64,000 bases of DNA from an uncultured Planctomycetaceae bacterium (GTDB lineage: Bacteria; Planctomycetota; Planctomycetia; Isosphaerales; Isosphaeraceae), in contig CAWIAD010000001.1 of the NCBI GenBank assembly GCA_963833985.1, positions 1,824,001 to 1,888,000 on the forward strand, in the 5' to 3' direction. The notes beneath the pieces were generated by a model that worked only from the letters and a program-made list of their open reading frames with translations, was not told the DNA's origin and did no database searches. The position numbers and the translations under genes are program-made. Shown in pieces: positions 52,233 through 61,420 of this stretch; position 1 is the stretch's first letter, and each line of letters starts with the position of its first letter.

Positions 52233-53540
52233 TCAAGCCAGCAGGTCCTTCACCACCTTGCCGCCGTCGACGATCTCGATGGGGCGGTTCCCCGGGGCCA
52301 TGAGCTCCTTGTCAGCCACGATGCCCATCAGGTGGTAGACCGTGGTGGCGAGGTCCTCCGGACCGATCGGGTCGTGGTCCGGCTCCGTGGCCGTGGCATT
52401 CGAGGCGCCGTGGATGTAGCCCTTCTTCACGCCGCCGCCGGCCAGGACCACGCTGAAGACCTTCGGCCAGTGGTCGCGGCCGGCGTCCTTGTTGATCTTG
52501 GGCGTGCGGCCGAACTCGCTGGAAACCATCACCAGGGTTCGCTCCAGCAGGCCGTTCCGTTCCAGGTCCGTGATGAGTGTGGCGAAGGCCTGGTCAAAGA
52601 CCGGCATCTGGGTTTTCATGCTGGGCGCGATCTGGGTGTGCAGGTCCCAGCCGCCGTACTCGAGCGTGACCATGCGCACCCCGGCGGCGACGAGGCGGCG
52701 CGCCATGAGCATGCGCTGGCCGGCGGCGTTGCGGCCGTACTCGTCGCGGATCTTCGCCGGCTCGGCGGCGATGTTGAACGCCTCGCGTGCCTTCTGCGAG
52801 CTGATCAGGCTGTAAGCGCGCTGGTAGAAGGTGTCCATCGCGCCGATGTTGTCGCTCTTTTCCCGGGCCGCGAAGTGGGCGTTCACGGCATCGAGCACCG
52901 TGCGGCGGCGCGCGAACCGCGCTTCGTTGATGTCGCCAGGCAGGTTCAGGTCCTGCACGCGGAAGCCGTTGCTGGCCGGGTCGCTGCCGAGGCTGAACGG
53001 CGAGAACGAAGAGCTGAGGTACCCGGTGCCGGCATAAACGTTCGGCTGGCGCGGCACGCAGACGTAGGGCGGAAGGTTGTTCTTCGGGCCGTACTCGTGG
53101 GAAATCACGCTGCCGAAGCTCGGATACTGCAAGGCCGGGCTGGGCCGGTAGCCCGTGAACATGTTGTGCGTGCCACGCTCATGGGCCGCCTCGCCGTGCG
53201 TCATGGCCCGGATCACGGTGAGCTTGTCGGCGATCTGTGCCGACCTGGACAGGGTCTCGCTGAACCGCTCACCCTCGATCTTCGTGGCGATCGAGCCCAT
53301 CTCCCCGCGATACTCGATCGGTGCAAAAGGTTTGGGATCAAAGGTTTCCTGGTGCGCGATGCCGCCCGGCAGGAAGATGTGAATCACCGAATCCGCCTTC
53401 GCGGCAATCGGCGCATAATTCTTCAGATCCGCCCGCGCCGAGACCCGGAGCAGATCGGCCAGGGTCAGTCCACCCAGGCCGATGGTCCCGACGGTGAGGA
53501 AGCCACGGCGGCTCAAGCGTGGATGGCGATCCGATGGCAT
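52233..53540 (-). CDS. DUF1501 protein with Tat signal
   Basis: SRRGFL, GGIAHQETFDPKP, ARRLVAAGV, GGWDLH, SEFGRTPKIN, GRDHWP. Confidence 0.93.
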   Translation of the reverse strand: MPSDRHPRLSRRGFLTVGTIGLGGLTLADLLRVSARADLKNYAPIAAKADSVIHIFLPGGIAHQETFDPKPFAPIEYRGEMGSIATKIEGERFSETLSRSAQIADKLTVIRAMTHGEAAHERGTHNMFTGYRPSPALQYPSFGSVISHEYGPKNNLPPYVCVPRQPNVYAGTGYLSSSFSPFSLGSDPASNGFRVQDLNLPGDINEARFARRRTVLDAVNAHFAAREKSDNIGAMDTFYQRAYSLISSQKAREAFNIAAEPAKIRDEYGRNAAGQRMLMARRLVAAGVRMVTLEYGGWDLHTQIAPSMKTQMPVFDQAFATLITDLERNGLLERTLVMVSSEFGRTPKINKDAGRDHWPKVFSVVLAGGGVKKGYIHGASNATATEPDHDPIGPEDLATTVYHLMGIVADKELMAPGNRPIEIVDGGKVVKDLLA

Positions 53541-54007
53541 CAAAACCTCCTTTTTGACCGGGAAAGTCGCGGATCATGCACTCCTGGTGTCGATCAGCGC
53601 CTGTCGGGCCAGCCTGGTTGGTGGCCGTCATGCAAGAACGATACCAGAATACCAGGAGGGATGAAAACCGGCGACCAAACGCCGGACCGGCTTTCCGGGG
53701 GAGCGCTCACGGTTGACACAAGTTCTTGGCGGTAAGCGGTTACGTCGTGGGAGACGGTAGCGGACTCACGCAGGGAGAGCGTCGTGGACAAGGAGTGCTC
53801 AGGCACCCCGGTCGGGCACCCGCTCAAAAATTGTCAAACACTGCTCCATCATTTTGCTATGATACTACGCGGGCTGCAATGGATTTGTTGGCGCTTTTCG
53901 GCGCGCGGCTGCAATGGCGCGGGGTTGCGTGCGAACGCGGCCACATGGCAGTCGCTGAAAGAAGAGGTTGAAAGGGGCGCGGACAGGCTCAAGAATCGAG
54001 GAGCCCG

Positions 54008-55564
54008 TTACCTGGCCCGGGTCGTGAGCCCATCCAGCATCCGGCTCACCGATCGGCTGGTGGCGATCGGTCCCAGCGGGCCCGCGGAGAACTCTTCCAT
54101 GGCGATCAGCGGGCGCACGGCCTGCTCGACCTGGCCGTCGCTGAAGGCATGCTGCATGGCGTTATCCGCAAGTTCGTTGGCGATGGCGGCCATGATCATG
54201 CCCTGGTCGATGGCCAGGATACAGCCGGTCACCACGCCCGCGGACACGTCGACCGAATCATGGAAGCCAAGCTCGCTGTAGACCGGAAAGCGCGCCATCA
54301 ACTCGCGGAGGTTTGTGAGCGCCTCCTGGGGCGCGTAGCGCAGCGCCAGAAACGACGCGTGCGGTGTGACCACGCCATGCTTGTTCTTGCCGCCGGTGGC
54401 AGGAGGCAAGGTGCGGTTGATCGGCCCGCCCATCTCGTACGAGAGGTAGCCCATGGGGTTCGTGCCCACGGCCTTGACGCCGTAGACCTCGTAGCCACCC
54501 AGGGGGCTTGACGCGGGCGAGAACCCCCAGAACCCGTAACGGGCGTCGTCCAGGCCGTGCTCGATCTGGGCGCGGACGTAAAGCGGATGGTTCACGCCCC
54601 AGCTTTTTGGCGCCCACTCGCTCTCCGGGACGAACAGCGTGAGCATGAGCGCCTCGAACATGCTGCCGCCCCACGACGGCACGATCCGCATGCCGCGGTA
54701 GGTGTAAGAACCCTCGAAGACCTTCACCCCCAGGTACTCGCGAACCGGCCCGTGCGGCGTCTGCTCCTGCGGCCCCACCGATTCCGGCATGGTGCGGTAC
54801 AGCCGGTAATAGTGCTCTGCCGGCAACTGATGGCGGGCGATGCCGAGGTAGCTGAGGATCCGGGCCTCGGTATTGAGCATGCCGTAATGGCCGTAGAACG
54901 AGCGATCGTCCACCCAGTAGCCGACATGAAGCTGGCCCGGGTGATTGATGGGATCGAGTGCGTTGTACGGATCGTAAAAGAACCGGAAGTTCATTGCCTC
55001 CAGCAAGCCGGCGGCCTGCTGTCGCAGCGACGGCTCCAGATTGCTCACCATCACCAGCGACGCCGCCAGCCAGGCATTATCCACCGCGGAGACCAGCGGC
55101 CTCCTCGGGGTGGCGTCAAAAGGCGAGATCCGCAGCGTCGCACCGGTGCGCGGATCCAGGTCGTTCATGTAGAATCCGTTGTGCCGCTCCATGCTGGCGA
55201 GCGTGGAAAGCGTGCGTTGCAGCCGCGACCGGCTCTCGTTGCGGTCGATGAGCTTGAGCCGCTCGGCCGCCAGCACGCTCCAGAGATAGGCCGCAATATC
55301 CGAGGGAGTCGTCAGCTTCGAAGGGTTGCCCCACCCCGTGCCCTCGCGCGACAGACTATCCGCGGGCAGTCCGCTCGGCTGGGTCAGCCGCTCGAACGAG
55401 CGCCAGGTGTTGCCGGCGTACCGCAGCAGTTCCGCCCGTTCCTCCGCGTTCAGCCGGGGATGCCGTATCGAAGAAGTCGCCCAGGCCGCGGTACGAAGCT
55501 CGACCAAAGCTCCTACAAGTGTAAGACCTATGATGACCGGCCTTGCCCTGACGGGTGAAATCAT
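54008..55564 (-). CDS. DUF3131 / glucoamylase-like glycoside hydrolase (GH144-like, beta-1,2-glucan-related)
   Basis: TTPSDIAAY, SAVDNAWL, NTEARI, SWGGSMFEALM, VVTPHASF, AIDQGM; N-terminal signal-like stretch. Confidence 0.82.
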   Translation of the reverse strand: MISPVRARPVIIGLTLVGALVELRTAAWATSSIRHPRLNAEERAELLRYAGNTWRSFERLTQPSGLPADSLSREGTGWGNPSKLTTPSDIAAYLWSVLAAERLKLIDRNESRSRLQRTLSTLASMERHNGFYMNDLDPRTGATLRISPFDATPRRPLVSAVDNAWLAASLVMVSNLEPSLRQQAAGLLEAMNFRFFYDPYNALDPINHPGQLHVGYWVDDRSFYGHYGMLNTEARILSYLGIARHQLPAEHYYRLYRTMPESVGPQEQTPHGPVREYLGVKVFEGSYTYRGMRIVPSWGGSMFEALMLTLFVPESEWAPKSWGVNHPLYVRAQIEHGLDDARYGFWGFSPASSPLGGYEVYGVKAVGTNPMGYLSYEMGGPINRTLPPATGGKNKHGVVTPHASFLALRYAPQEALTNLRELMARFPVYSELGFHDSVDVSAGVVTGCILAIDQGMIMAAIANELADNAMQHAFSDGQVEQAVRPLIAMEEFSAGPLGPIATSRSVSRMLDGLTTRAR

Positions 55565-55830
55565 GGGACGGACCTCCGGAGAGAGGAGGGGAGAGGGAGT
55601 CCGCACTGATCTCCCAATAATCTATTCGACCCCGAAGGATGGTGAGATCTGTCTAAATTATAATGAGAATCCGTGCAAAGGAAAGCGTGCACTCTTGCGT
55701 TCTGACGCGTGCTGCTTTTTGTCTTCAATCCGGAGAACTGCGCTCTGCACATCCCTAGTGTACGCCCTGATGGCGAGTTACATTCAGGCAGGAGCGAGTT
55801 TTCCTTGAAAAATGCATCGGGAGATGAGCC

Positions 55831-56856
55831 ATGAGCGGTCCACTGCTTCCGGCCACGGTGATCGGAAGCTGGTCTTTTCCCGGGTGGTACGAGAAGTTTA
55901 CGGCCGACGTCACGGCCCATCCGCACCTCTTCGGCCCGGTCGACCGGGAAGAAGCCGTCCGTGACGCCATCCGTCTGGCCATTGACGATCAGGTGCGTGC
56001 GGGGCTGGACCGTATCACCGACGGCGAGATGCAACGGGTCGATTTCAACCTGGGGTTCTACGAGTTCCTGGGAGGTCTGGAGTCCATCCGCCGCCCCCGC
56101 CACTGGGGGGCCCCCGCGCACGACCAGCGCGCCCGGTACCGCTGCATGCAGCCTTTGTCGGCTCCCGAGGGTCTGGGCACGGTCACCGAGTACCACCGGC
56201 TGCGGGAATACACCACGCTACCCGTGAAGATGCCGGTTCCCGGCGCGTTCACGCTCGCCGGCTGCATCGACGGCGGCGACGTCTACGCCGACCGCAACGC
56301 AGTGACCGAAGCCCTGATTCCGATCGTGAGCGCAGAGCTCAAGGCACTGGCGGCCGCCGGCGTGGACTTCATCCAGCTTGACGAGCCCAGCTTCGCCTGC
56401 CACCCCGATGCCGCTGATCACTTCCTGGACGTGGTGGCTCGCACGGTCGAGGGTGTGAACGCTTATATCAGCATGCACATGTGCTTCGGCAACTACCGGG
56501 GCCGGGCGGTGGGCCACCGGTCGTACCGGCCGCTCTTCCCGCACATCGGGCAGGCGGCCGTGAACCAGCTTGCCCTGGAGTTTGCGAGCCGCGAGATGGC
56601 CGAGATCGAGCTGCTGTCCAGGCTGCCCGCGTCCATGGACGTGGCCGTGGGCCTGGTCGACGTCAAGAACACCTGGGTCGAGCCGCCCGAGCTCGTCGCC
56701 GCACGCATCCGCGCGGTGCTCAAACACGTCGCCGCCGAGCGTGTTTCGGTCACGCCCGACTGCGGCTTCTCGCAGACCGCCCGGCACATCGCCGTGGCCA
56801 AGGCCAGGGCCCTGGTCGACGGAGCCCGGATCGTCCGCAAGGAGCTGAAGGGATGA
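55831..56856 (+). CDS. Cobalamin-independent methionine synthase family II (single-barrel MetE-like) protein
   Basis: TVIGSW, ITDGEMQR, IQLDEP, Zn ligands HMCFGN, E and PDCG. Confidence 0.9.
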   Translation: MSGPLLPATVIGSWSFPGWYEKFTADVTAHPHLFGPVDREEAVRDAIRLAIDDQVRAGLDRITDGEMQRVDFNLGFYEFLGGLESIRRPRHWGAPAHDQRARYRCMQPLSAPEGLGTVTEYHRLREYTTLPVKMPVPGAFTLAGCIDGGDVYADRNAVTEALIPIVSAELKALAAAGVDFIQLDEPSFACHPDAADHFLDVVARTVEGVNAYISMHMCFGNYRGRAVGHRSYRPLFPHIGQAAVNQLALEFASREMAEIELLSRLPASMDVAVGLVDVKNTWVEPPELVAARIRAVLKHVAAERVSVTPDCGFSQTARHIAVAKARALVDGARIVRKELKG

Positions 56857-56870
56857 AGTATTTAAATGTT

Positions 56871-56960
56871 GTAGGATGCGCCCAGCGCAGCGAGCACGCA
56901 CCGGAGGGGGAAAGCCGGCGCTATCAACTGGTGCGTCGTCGCTGCGCCTGGCGCAGCCAC
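56871..56960. repeat. Inverted pair of REP-like palindromes (REPIN-like doublet)
   Basis: GTAGGATGCGCCCAGCGCAGCGAGCACGCACC (56871-56902) faces GGTGCGTCGTCGCTGCGCCTGGCGCAGCCAC (56930-56960). Confidence 0.75.
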
Positions 56961-56992
56961 CATTTATGAGAAGATGAACGTATCTTGATTTC

Positions 56993-57151
56993 GTAGGGTG
57001 GGTCGAGCGCAGCGAGGCCCACCAGATTCCAGCACAGAGGCCCACCAGATTCCAGCACAGAGGCCCACCAGATTCCAGCACAGAGGCCCACCAGATTCCA
57101 GCACAGAGGCCCACCAGATTCCAGCACAGAGGCCCACCAGATTCCAGCACA
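56993..57151 (+). repeat. REP-like palindrome running into six perfect 23-bp tandem repeats
   Basis: GTAGGGTGGGTCGAGCGCAGCGAGGCCCACC; unit GAGGCCCACCAGATTCCAGCACA at 57014, 57037, 57060, 57083, 57106 and 57129. Confidence 0.95.
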
Positions 57152-57224
57152 AAGGCATCCCAAAGATGCTGAGCTCGCTCATGGCCACCCGTGCTCCGAT
57201 ACCGCCCTTCCCCGGCTGCTCCGG

Positions 57225-59036
57225 TCAGGTTGACGGCAGAATATATCCGAGTTTGCGCAACTGGGATCTCACCTGTGCTTCCACGTTCGCGCGGAAAATG
57301 ATTCCGCGTTTTCCCGCCGGCTCGCAAAGCGTTTTCAGCTTTGGGTCGTGCAGGAGCAGGCGGGCGGTTTCCGCGTCGGCGCATTCGATCATTCGAACCG
57401 TGCCCACGTCGTGCAGCCGTCCCGAGCGCTTCTTCAGATCTTCGAGCAACGCTCGGACCGTGCCAGGCAAAGATCCCCGCGCATGCCTTTCCAGGAAATC
57501 GACAAGCTCGTCGATCGGAAAACCTTCCTCGACGCGCGTGAGTATCCTGTCGCGGTCCAGCCGCCAGACCGCCTCGGAGGTCCGCTCGGCGATCCGGTCA
57601 AGGAAGAGTGCATCGGCGGGGTCGGGCCGGGCGTCGCCCGAGACGATTTCCAGATTGGGCAACACACGCCATGAGCCCCCGGAGGGCGCAGCCTCCACTG
57701 TGTATTCGCCGCTGAGACCCAGGCACCAGGCGCCCAGAGGGTTCAGCCGGATGTACTTCAGGCCGTCATATCGGCTGAGGCTCGAGAGGTCGTCCGCGCC
57801 CCAGCGATTGCCGAAATCGTCGCGGCCATCTTCGGGAGCAACATACGCCACGTCGACCAGGCCCAGGGTCGCCGCGTACTCGAAGAGCACCGCCAGGATG
57901 AATCGTCCCTGGAGCAGTTCCCAGTCATGACGCCCCTCGTAACCGAAATTCCCGTAATGCGCCTCGCAGAGATAGAGCTTCCACTCGTTGCGAGCCACCG
58001 CAAAATCGAGATCCAGGGCGCGCAGAAAACGGAAGAATTCGTCGACCTCGACCCAGGCGCAGGGCGGGCATTTCGAGAGAGCACTCGCCACGGCGTTGCG
58101 GCGATCGGCCACTGCGCTGAGGCGGGCGCTCGACTTTCCCTTGATGACTTCGATGCGCTCGAACTCGTCGAACAGCTTCGTGGCCTCCCACTTCTTCCAC
58201 GCGTTGCGGATGGCGGTCTGCGGTTGCTGCGTGAGCGCCTTGCGACCGTCCCGCGAGAGTTCGAGCTTCCCCTTTGCCAGCGAGACGAGGCCCGCCGCCT
58301 GAAGGATGCAAGGCCAGGCGTACGCCCGGATCGACAGGTCCGCCCCGGCCTCGCTGGCATAACTCTTCCGCTCTTCCGCTTCGTAGAAATCACCGTCCGC
58401 CAGCAGTGGCACGATCAGGTCGACGGTGGCCTGGGAGGGCTTGCGGGTCGTCTCACTGACGCGCACCTTGCCGGACTCCACCAGCCGGAGCATGATGGCG
58501 AACTCCCTGAGCGCCGCCGGTGTGGTTAACCGCTGCCGGAGCGGAATTTGCTCACGGTGCTGACCGTTGTCAGACAGCGAGCCCGGACCTGGCCCGGAAA
58601 CGGCCTCGGGGAGCTCGTCGACCGTCTTCACCGTCGCGGCGCCAGGTCTCGGCACGAAGCTCTGGAGCATCGACCGCAGATCCCTGGGAAGCCACCATCC
58701 GAGAGGAAAGAACAGGCCAAGCTGGCCAGGCGCCTCTCCCCGCCTGGCATTCGGCCGCTGACCGTACTTGGCCGCGAAGAGCGCCACGTCGAGTTCTCCG
58801 CTGGAGCTGTGAACGGCCTCCTGCATGGCGGCCTTCCCCATTTCGCCGAGGGACTCGTAGAGCTTCTGCACCTGCTCCTTGCTGCTCATCGTCCGCGTCA
58901 AGAGCGGGACGATGTCGGACTTCCGGTGCGGCGGAGTGGGATCGATCAGCCTGGCGAGCGGACGGAGCGTGTCCAGCGTGCACTTCTCGAAGGTCTCCTG
59001 GATCGACAGGATCTCGGGCATGTCTCGCCTTGCCAT
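57225..59036 (-). CDS. Protein with C-terminal XPB/Ssl2-type helicase-associated (Helicase_C_3-like) domain, no ATPase core
   Basis: VLPNLEIV...FLDRIAER...VWRLDRDRI...LVDFLERHARGSLPGTVRALLED; no Walker A or DExH motif seen. Confidence 0.75.
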   Translation of the reverse strand: MARRDMPEILSIQETFEKCTLDTLRPLARLIDPTPPHRKSDIVPLLTRTMSSKEQVQKLYESLGEMGKAAMQEAVHSSSGELDVALFAAKYGQRPNARRGEAPGQLGLFFPLGWWLPRDLRSMLQSFVPRPGAATVKTVDELPEAVSGPGPGSLSDNGQHREQIPLRQRLTTPAALREFAIMLRLVESGKVRVSETTRKPSQATVDLIVPLLADGDFYEAEERKSYASEAGADLSIRAYAWPCILQAAGLVSLAKGKLELSRDGRKALTQQPQTAIRNAWKKWEATKLFDEFERIEVIKGKSSARLSAVADRRNAVASALSKCPPCAWVEVDEFFRFLRALDLDFAVARNEWKLYLCEAHYGNFGYEGRHDWELLQGRFILAVLFEYAATLGLVDVAYVAPEDGRDDFGNRWGADDLSSLSRYDGLKYIRLNPLGAWCLGLSGEYTVEAAPSGGSWRVLPNLEIVSGDARPDPADALFLDRIAERTSEAVWRLDRDRILTRVEEGFPIDELVDFLERHARGSLPGTVRALLEDLKKRSGRLHDVGTVRMIECADAETARLLLHDPKLKTLCEPAGKRGIIFRANVEAQVRSQLRKLGYILPST

Positions 59037-59350
59037 TCTTCGTCACCTCGCGTCCCGCAGCGGTCAACGATCACGGTCACTTGCTATCCAGTGTAAGAGA
59101 GACGACGGACCCGTTGAAGCACCGCGCAGGCCTGCCGGACAGGATCTTCGGGCGGGCAAGACGAAAGAGCCGCGGGGTCTGGGTCACGGACAGGGACACA
59201 GAGAACCATTCGCTTCAAAGAGCGGCTGGCCACGATCTGCTCCGCCTTGGACCGCTCTGGAAATGATACAATTCGACTCGCAGAGTGATTCACTGAAACC
59301 GTATGCGGGGCTGCCCAAAGTGGCCGTCGCGCGTTCTTGACCCGGGACCT

Positions 59351-59422
59351 CTCTGTCTGGCCAACGGTCTCAAGGCGCCAATCATCTGCACGCCTGAAGA
59401 ACTCTTGGAGGCCAGTCCATGA
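59351..59422 (+). pseudogene. 3' remnant of a PIN/VapC-like toxin gene
   Basis: Translates LCLANGLKAPIICTPEELLEASP*, resembling the C-terminus of one PIN subfamily; ATGA overlap with the next gene; in-frame stop upstream at 59294. Confidence 0.55.
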
Positions 59423-59625
59423 ACGACCCCATCGTCGACGAAGTGCGCAAGGTCCGCGAAGCTCACGCGTCCCGGTTCAATTACGATCTGGACGCGATCT
59501 TCCTCGACATCAAGCGGCAGGAGAAGGAGAGCGGATGCACGTTCACCTCATTTCCCCCGCGGAAGCCCGATCCGAACCAGGCGCGATGCGCAACCGACAG
59601 CGCCTGTTCAGAAGCTCAGAAATAA
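59419..59625 (+). CDS. Small putative antitoxin-like protein
   Basis: GGAGG RBS; MNDPIVDEVRKVREAHASRFNYDLDAIF, a type of small protein I recall occurring behind PIN genes. Confidence 0.65.
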   Translation: MNDPIVDEVRKVREAHASRFNYDLDAIFLDIKRQEKESGCTFTSFPPRKPDPNQARCATDSACSEAQK

Positions 59626-59827
59626 GTTGAAAGTAAAACTGATTGCGAAGGACCTACCCACGGTTCAGGGTAGTGTCACAGTCGTCTGCGCGAGATGCGG
59701 AGTCGGAGAGTGGCCTGGAAGCTCGGCCAGCCTTGGTGGAGTGGCCTGGGACTCGGTGCACGTCCGGGCGGATTGGGGATGGCCCACAGTGCACTCTCTC
59801 GCATGAGCATGCCCTGCCGGTGAATCC

Positions 59828-60769
59828 TCAGCGGTTAGTCCCTCGTGGAAAGGGCAAGATCGCCGCGCGGTCCACTGCCAGTCCCGGCCGCGCCCGGATG
59901 AGCTCGTCGACGGCCGCGCTGCTGACCGCACAACCTGCGAGCGAGAGACGTTTCAGGCGAGTGAGGACCTTCAGCCAAGGGAGGCCGGAGTCGGTGACCG
60001 GCGTATCACGCAGGTCGAGCGTTTCGAGCGACGGGAACTGTGCGAGGGCGGCCAGGTCGTCGTCCCCAAACCGCGTCCCGCCGAGCTTGAGTGTCGACAG
60101 TTCCGGCTTGGGCCCGAGCGCGGCGAGCCCGGCGCCGGTGACCCGCGAGCCGTACAGGATGAGGATGCGGAGATGCCGGGCGCCACTGAGACGGGCAAGC
60201 GCCAAGTCGGTCACATCCGGCCCATGCAGGCCAACGATCTCCAGGTCGGGCATCCGGTCGAGGTAGACGAATCCGGCCTCGGTCATGAGCCCGGTGGGAC
60301 CCGTCGGCCAGGTTTTGTCCTTGCTTGTGCGCGCCGGACCAAGGCCGAGGAGGGTGAGCTTCGGGAACCTCCCGGCGCGCGCCAGGGTCGCGTCGCCGGC
60401 CACGCAGTTGATCAGGTCGAGATCCGAGACGCGGTCGGCGTCGAGATCGTCGAGAATGGCAAGTTTGTCATCGGTGACGCCGGGATCTCGCAGCTTGATG
60501 GCGAGCCGGTAGGGAGCCGCACCAGTGCCGGGAAGCAGGCTGCCGAGGGGGAAGAGCTCGACGGGCCGATCCACGACCTCGCCCCCGAGCGCGTGAAGCA
60601 CTGCGATGGCCCTGGCCTCACGGATCCTGGCCGCGCTCGCCCTGCGGTGCTGGACGATCAAGAAACCGGCGCAGCCGACCAGCAGCAGGAGCACGGCGAC
60701 GGCGATCATGACCCACGGCCTGCGTCGGGCGGTGGCCGTGAAGGAGGATGTCGCATGGTCTGGGTTCAT
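59828..60769 (-). CDS. Membrane-anchored leucine-rich repeat protein
   Basis: N-terminal TM helix; LxxLxLxxTxVTDxGL-type repeats. Confidence 0.88.
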   Translation of the reverse strand: MNPDHATSSFTATARRRPWVMIAVAVLLLLVGCAGFLIVQHRRASAARIREARAIAVLHALGGEVVDRPVELFPLGSLLPGTGAAPYRLAIKLRDPGVTDDKLAILDDLDADRVSDLDLINCVAGDATLARAGRFPKLTLLGLGPARTSKDKTWPTGPTGLMTEAGFVYLDRMPDLEIVGLHGPDVTDLALARLSGARHLRILILYGSRVTGAGLAALGPKPELSTLKLGGTRFGDDDLAALAQFPSLETLDLRDTPVTDSGLPWLKVLTRLKRLSLAGCAVSSAAVDELIRARPGLAVDRAAILPFPRGTNR

Positions 60770-61420
60770 GTCCCCTCCCAGGAGCCTTCAGGGCGCCAGC
60801 CTCAATAGCATGGCCTTGAGGCTCGATCCTACCCCGGGGTGAGATCATGAACAAGCACGCTTGCGGGACACGCTTCAGAGACGTTTCTCGCGAGGAGTGG
60901 AACGGGTATGCGTCTCGATTCAGAACCGGTTGGGTCCTGGTTCCGGCTCCAGTGCCGGTTACGATTCCAGCGCAGCCGTGCGCACGTAAAGCCCCGCCAG
61001 GCTACGCTTCTGGACTCACCCTACGCCTGGGTGGACTCGTTTCCAGAGGGCTCGAGAGTTTGGCAACGGTGACCACGGTCGTCAGGCCGTGGTTCGGACG
61101 GGCGGAGCCTCCAACCTCGGGCGTGAGCCCGACCAGCCCTTGAACCGGTTCGAGCTTACGGGCGAAATAGGAGAGTGCCCCCGTTTGAACCACGCCTCGG
61201 CGGATGTGATCACCACTCCTGTCGGCTGGGGCGACGTGGTTCCAGACGTACGGCCTGCACGTCGCGCCTGGCTCAAGCCAGGTGTTCAGCCAGACCGATT
61301 TGACTTTCCCGATTGATCGCTTAAAATAGCTTAATCCGGCGACGAGGCCGGGGTTCGAACCGGGGCGGGGAGAGAGCCCCAAGGTAGCACCCCCCCAAAC
61401 ATCTCGAAAAGGAGCCGCCG

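Noticed and set aside
53831..53863. Plus-strand promoter-like TTGTCA...TATGAT
   Set aside because: Spacer is 21 bp and no plus-strand gene follows; insufficient support.
55610..55830. Riboswitch upstream of the MetE-like gene
   Set aside because: No SAM or cobalamin riboswitch consensus recognised.
57014..57151. Possible CRISPR array
   Set aside because: Units are head-to-tail and identical, with no unique spacers; no cas genes in the window.
56924..57188. ORFs with repeated LCAGIWWASVLESGGP peptides
   Set aside because: Translation by-product of the 23-bp tandem repeat.
60850..61330. Possible ncRNA or small ORFs in a ~500-bp gap
   Set aside because: No recognisable RNA family or protein motif by eye; an Rfam/Infernal search would be needed.
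61335..61385. tRNA-like GGTTCGAA motif
   Set aside because: No acceptor, D or anticodon arms can be built around it.
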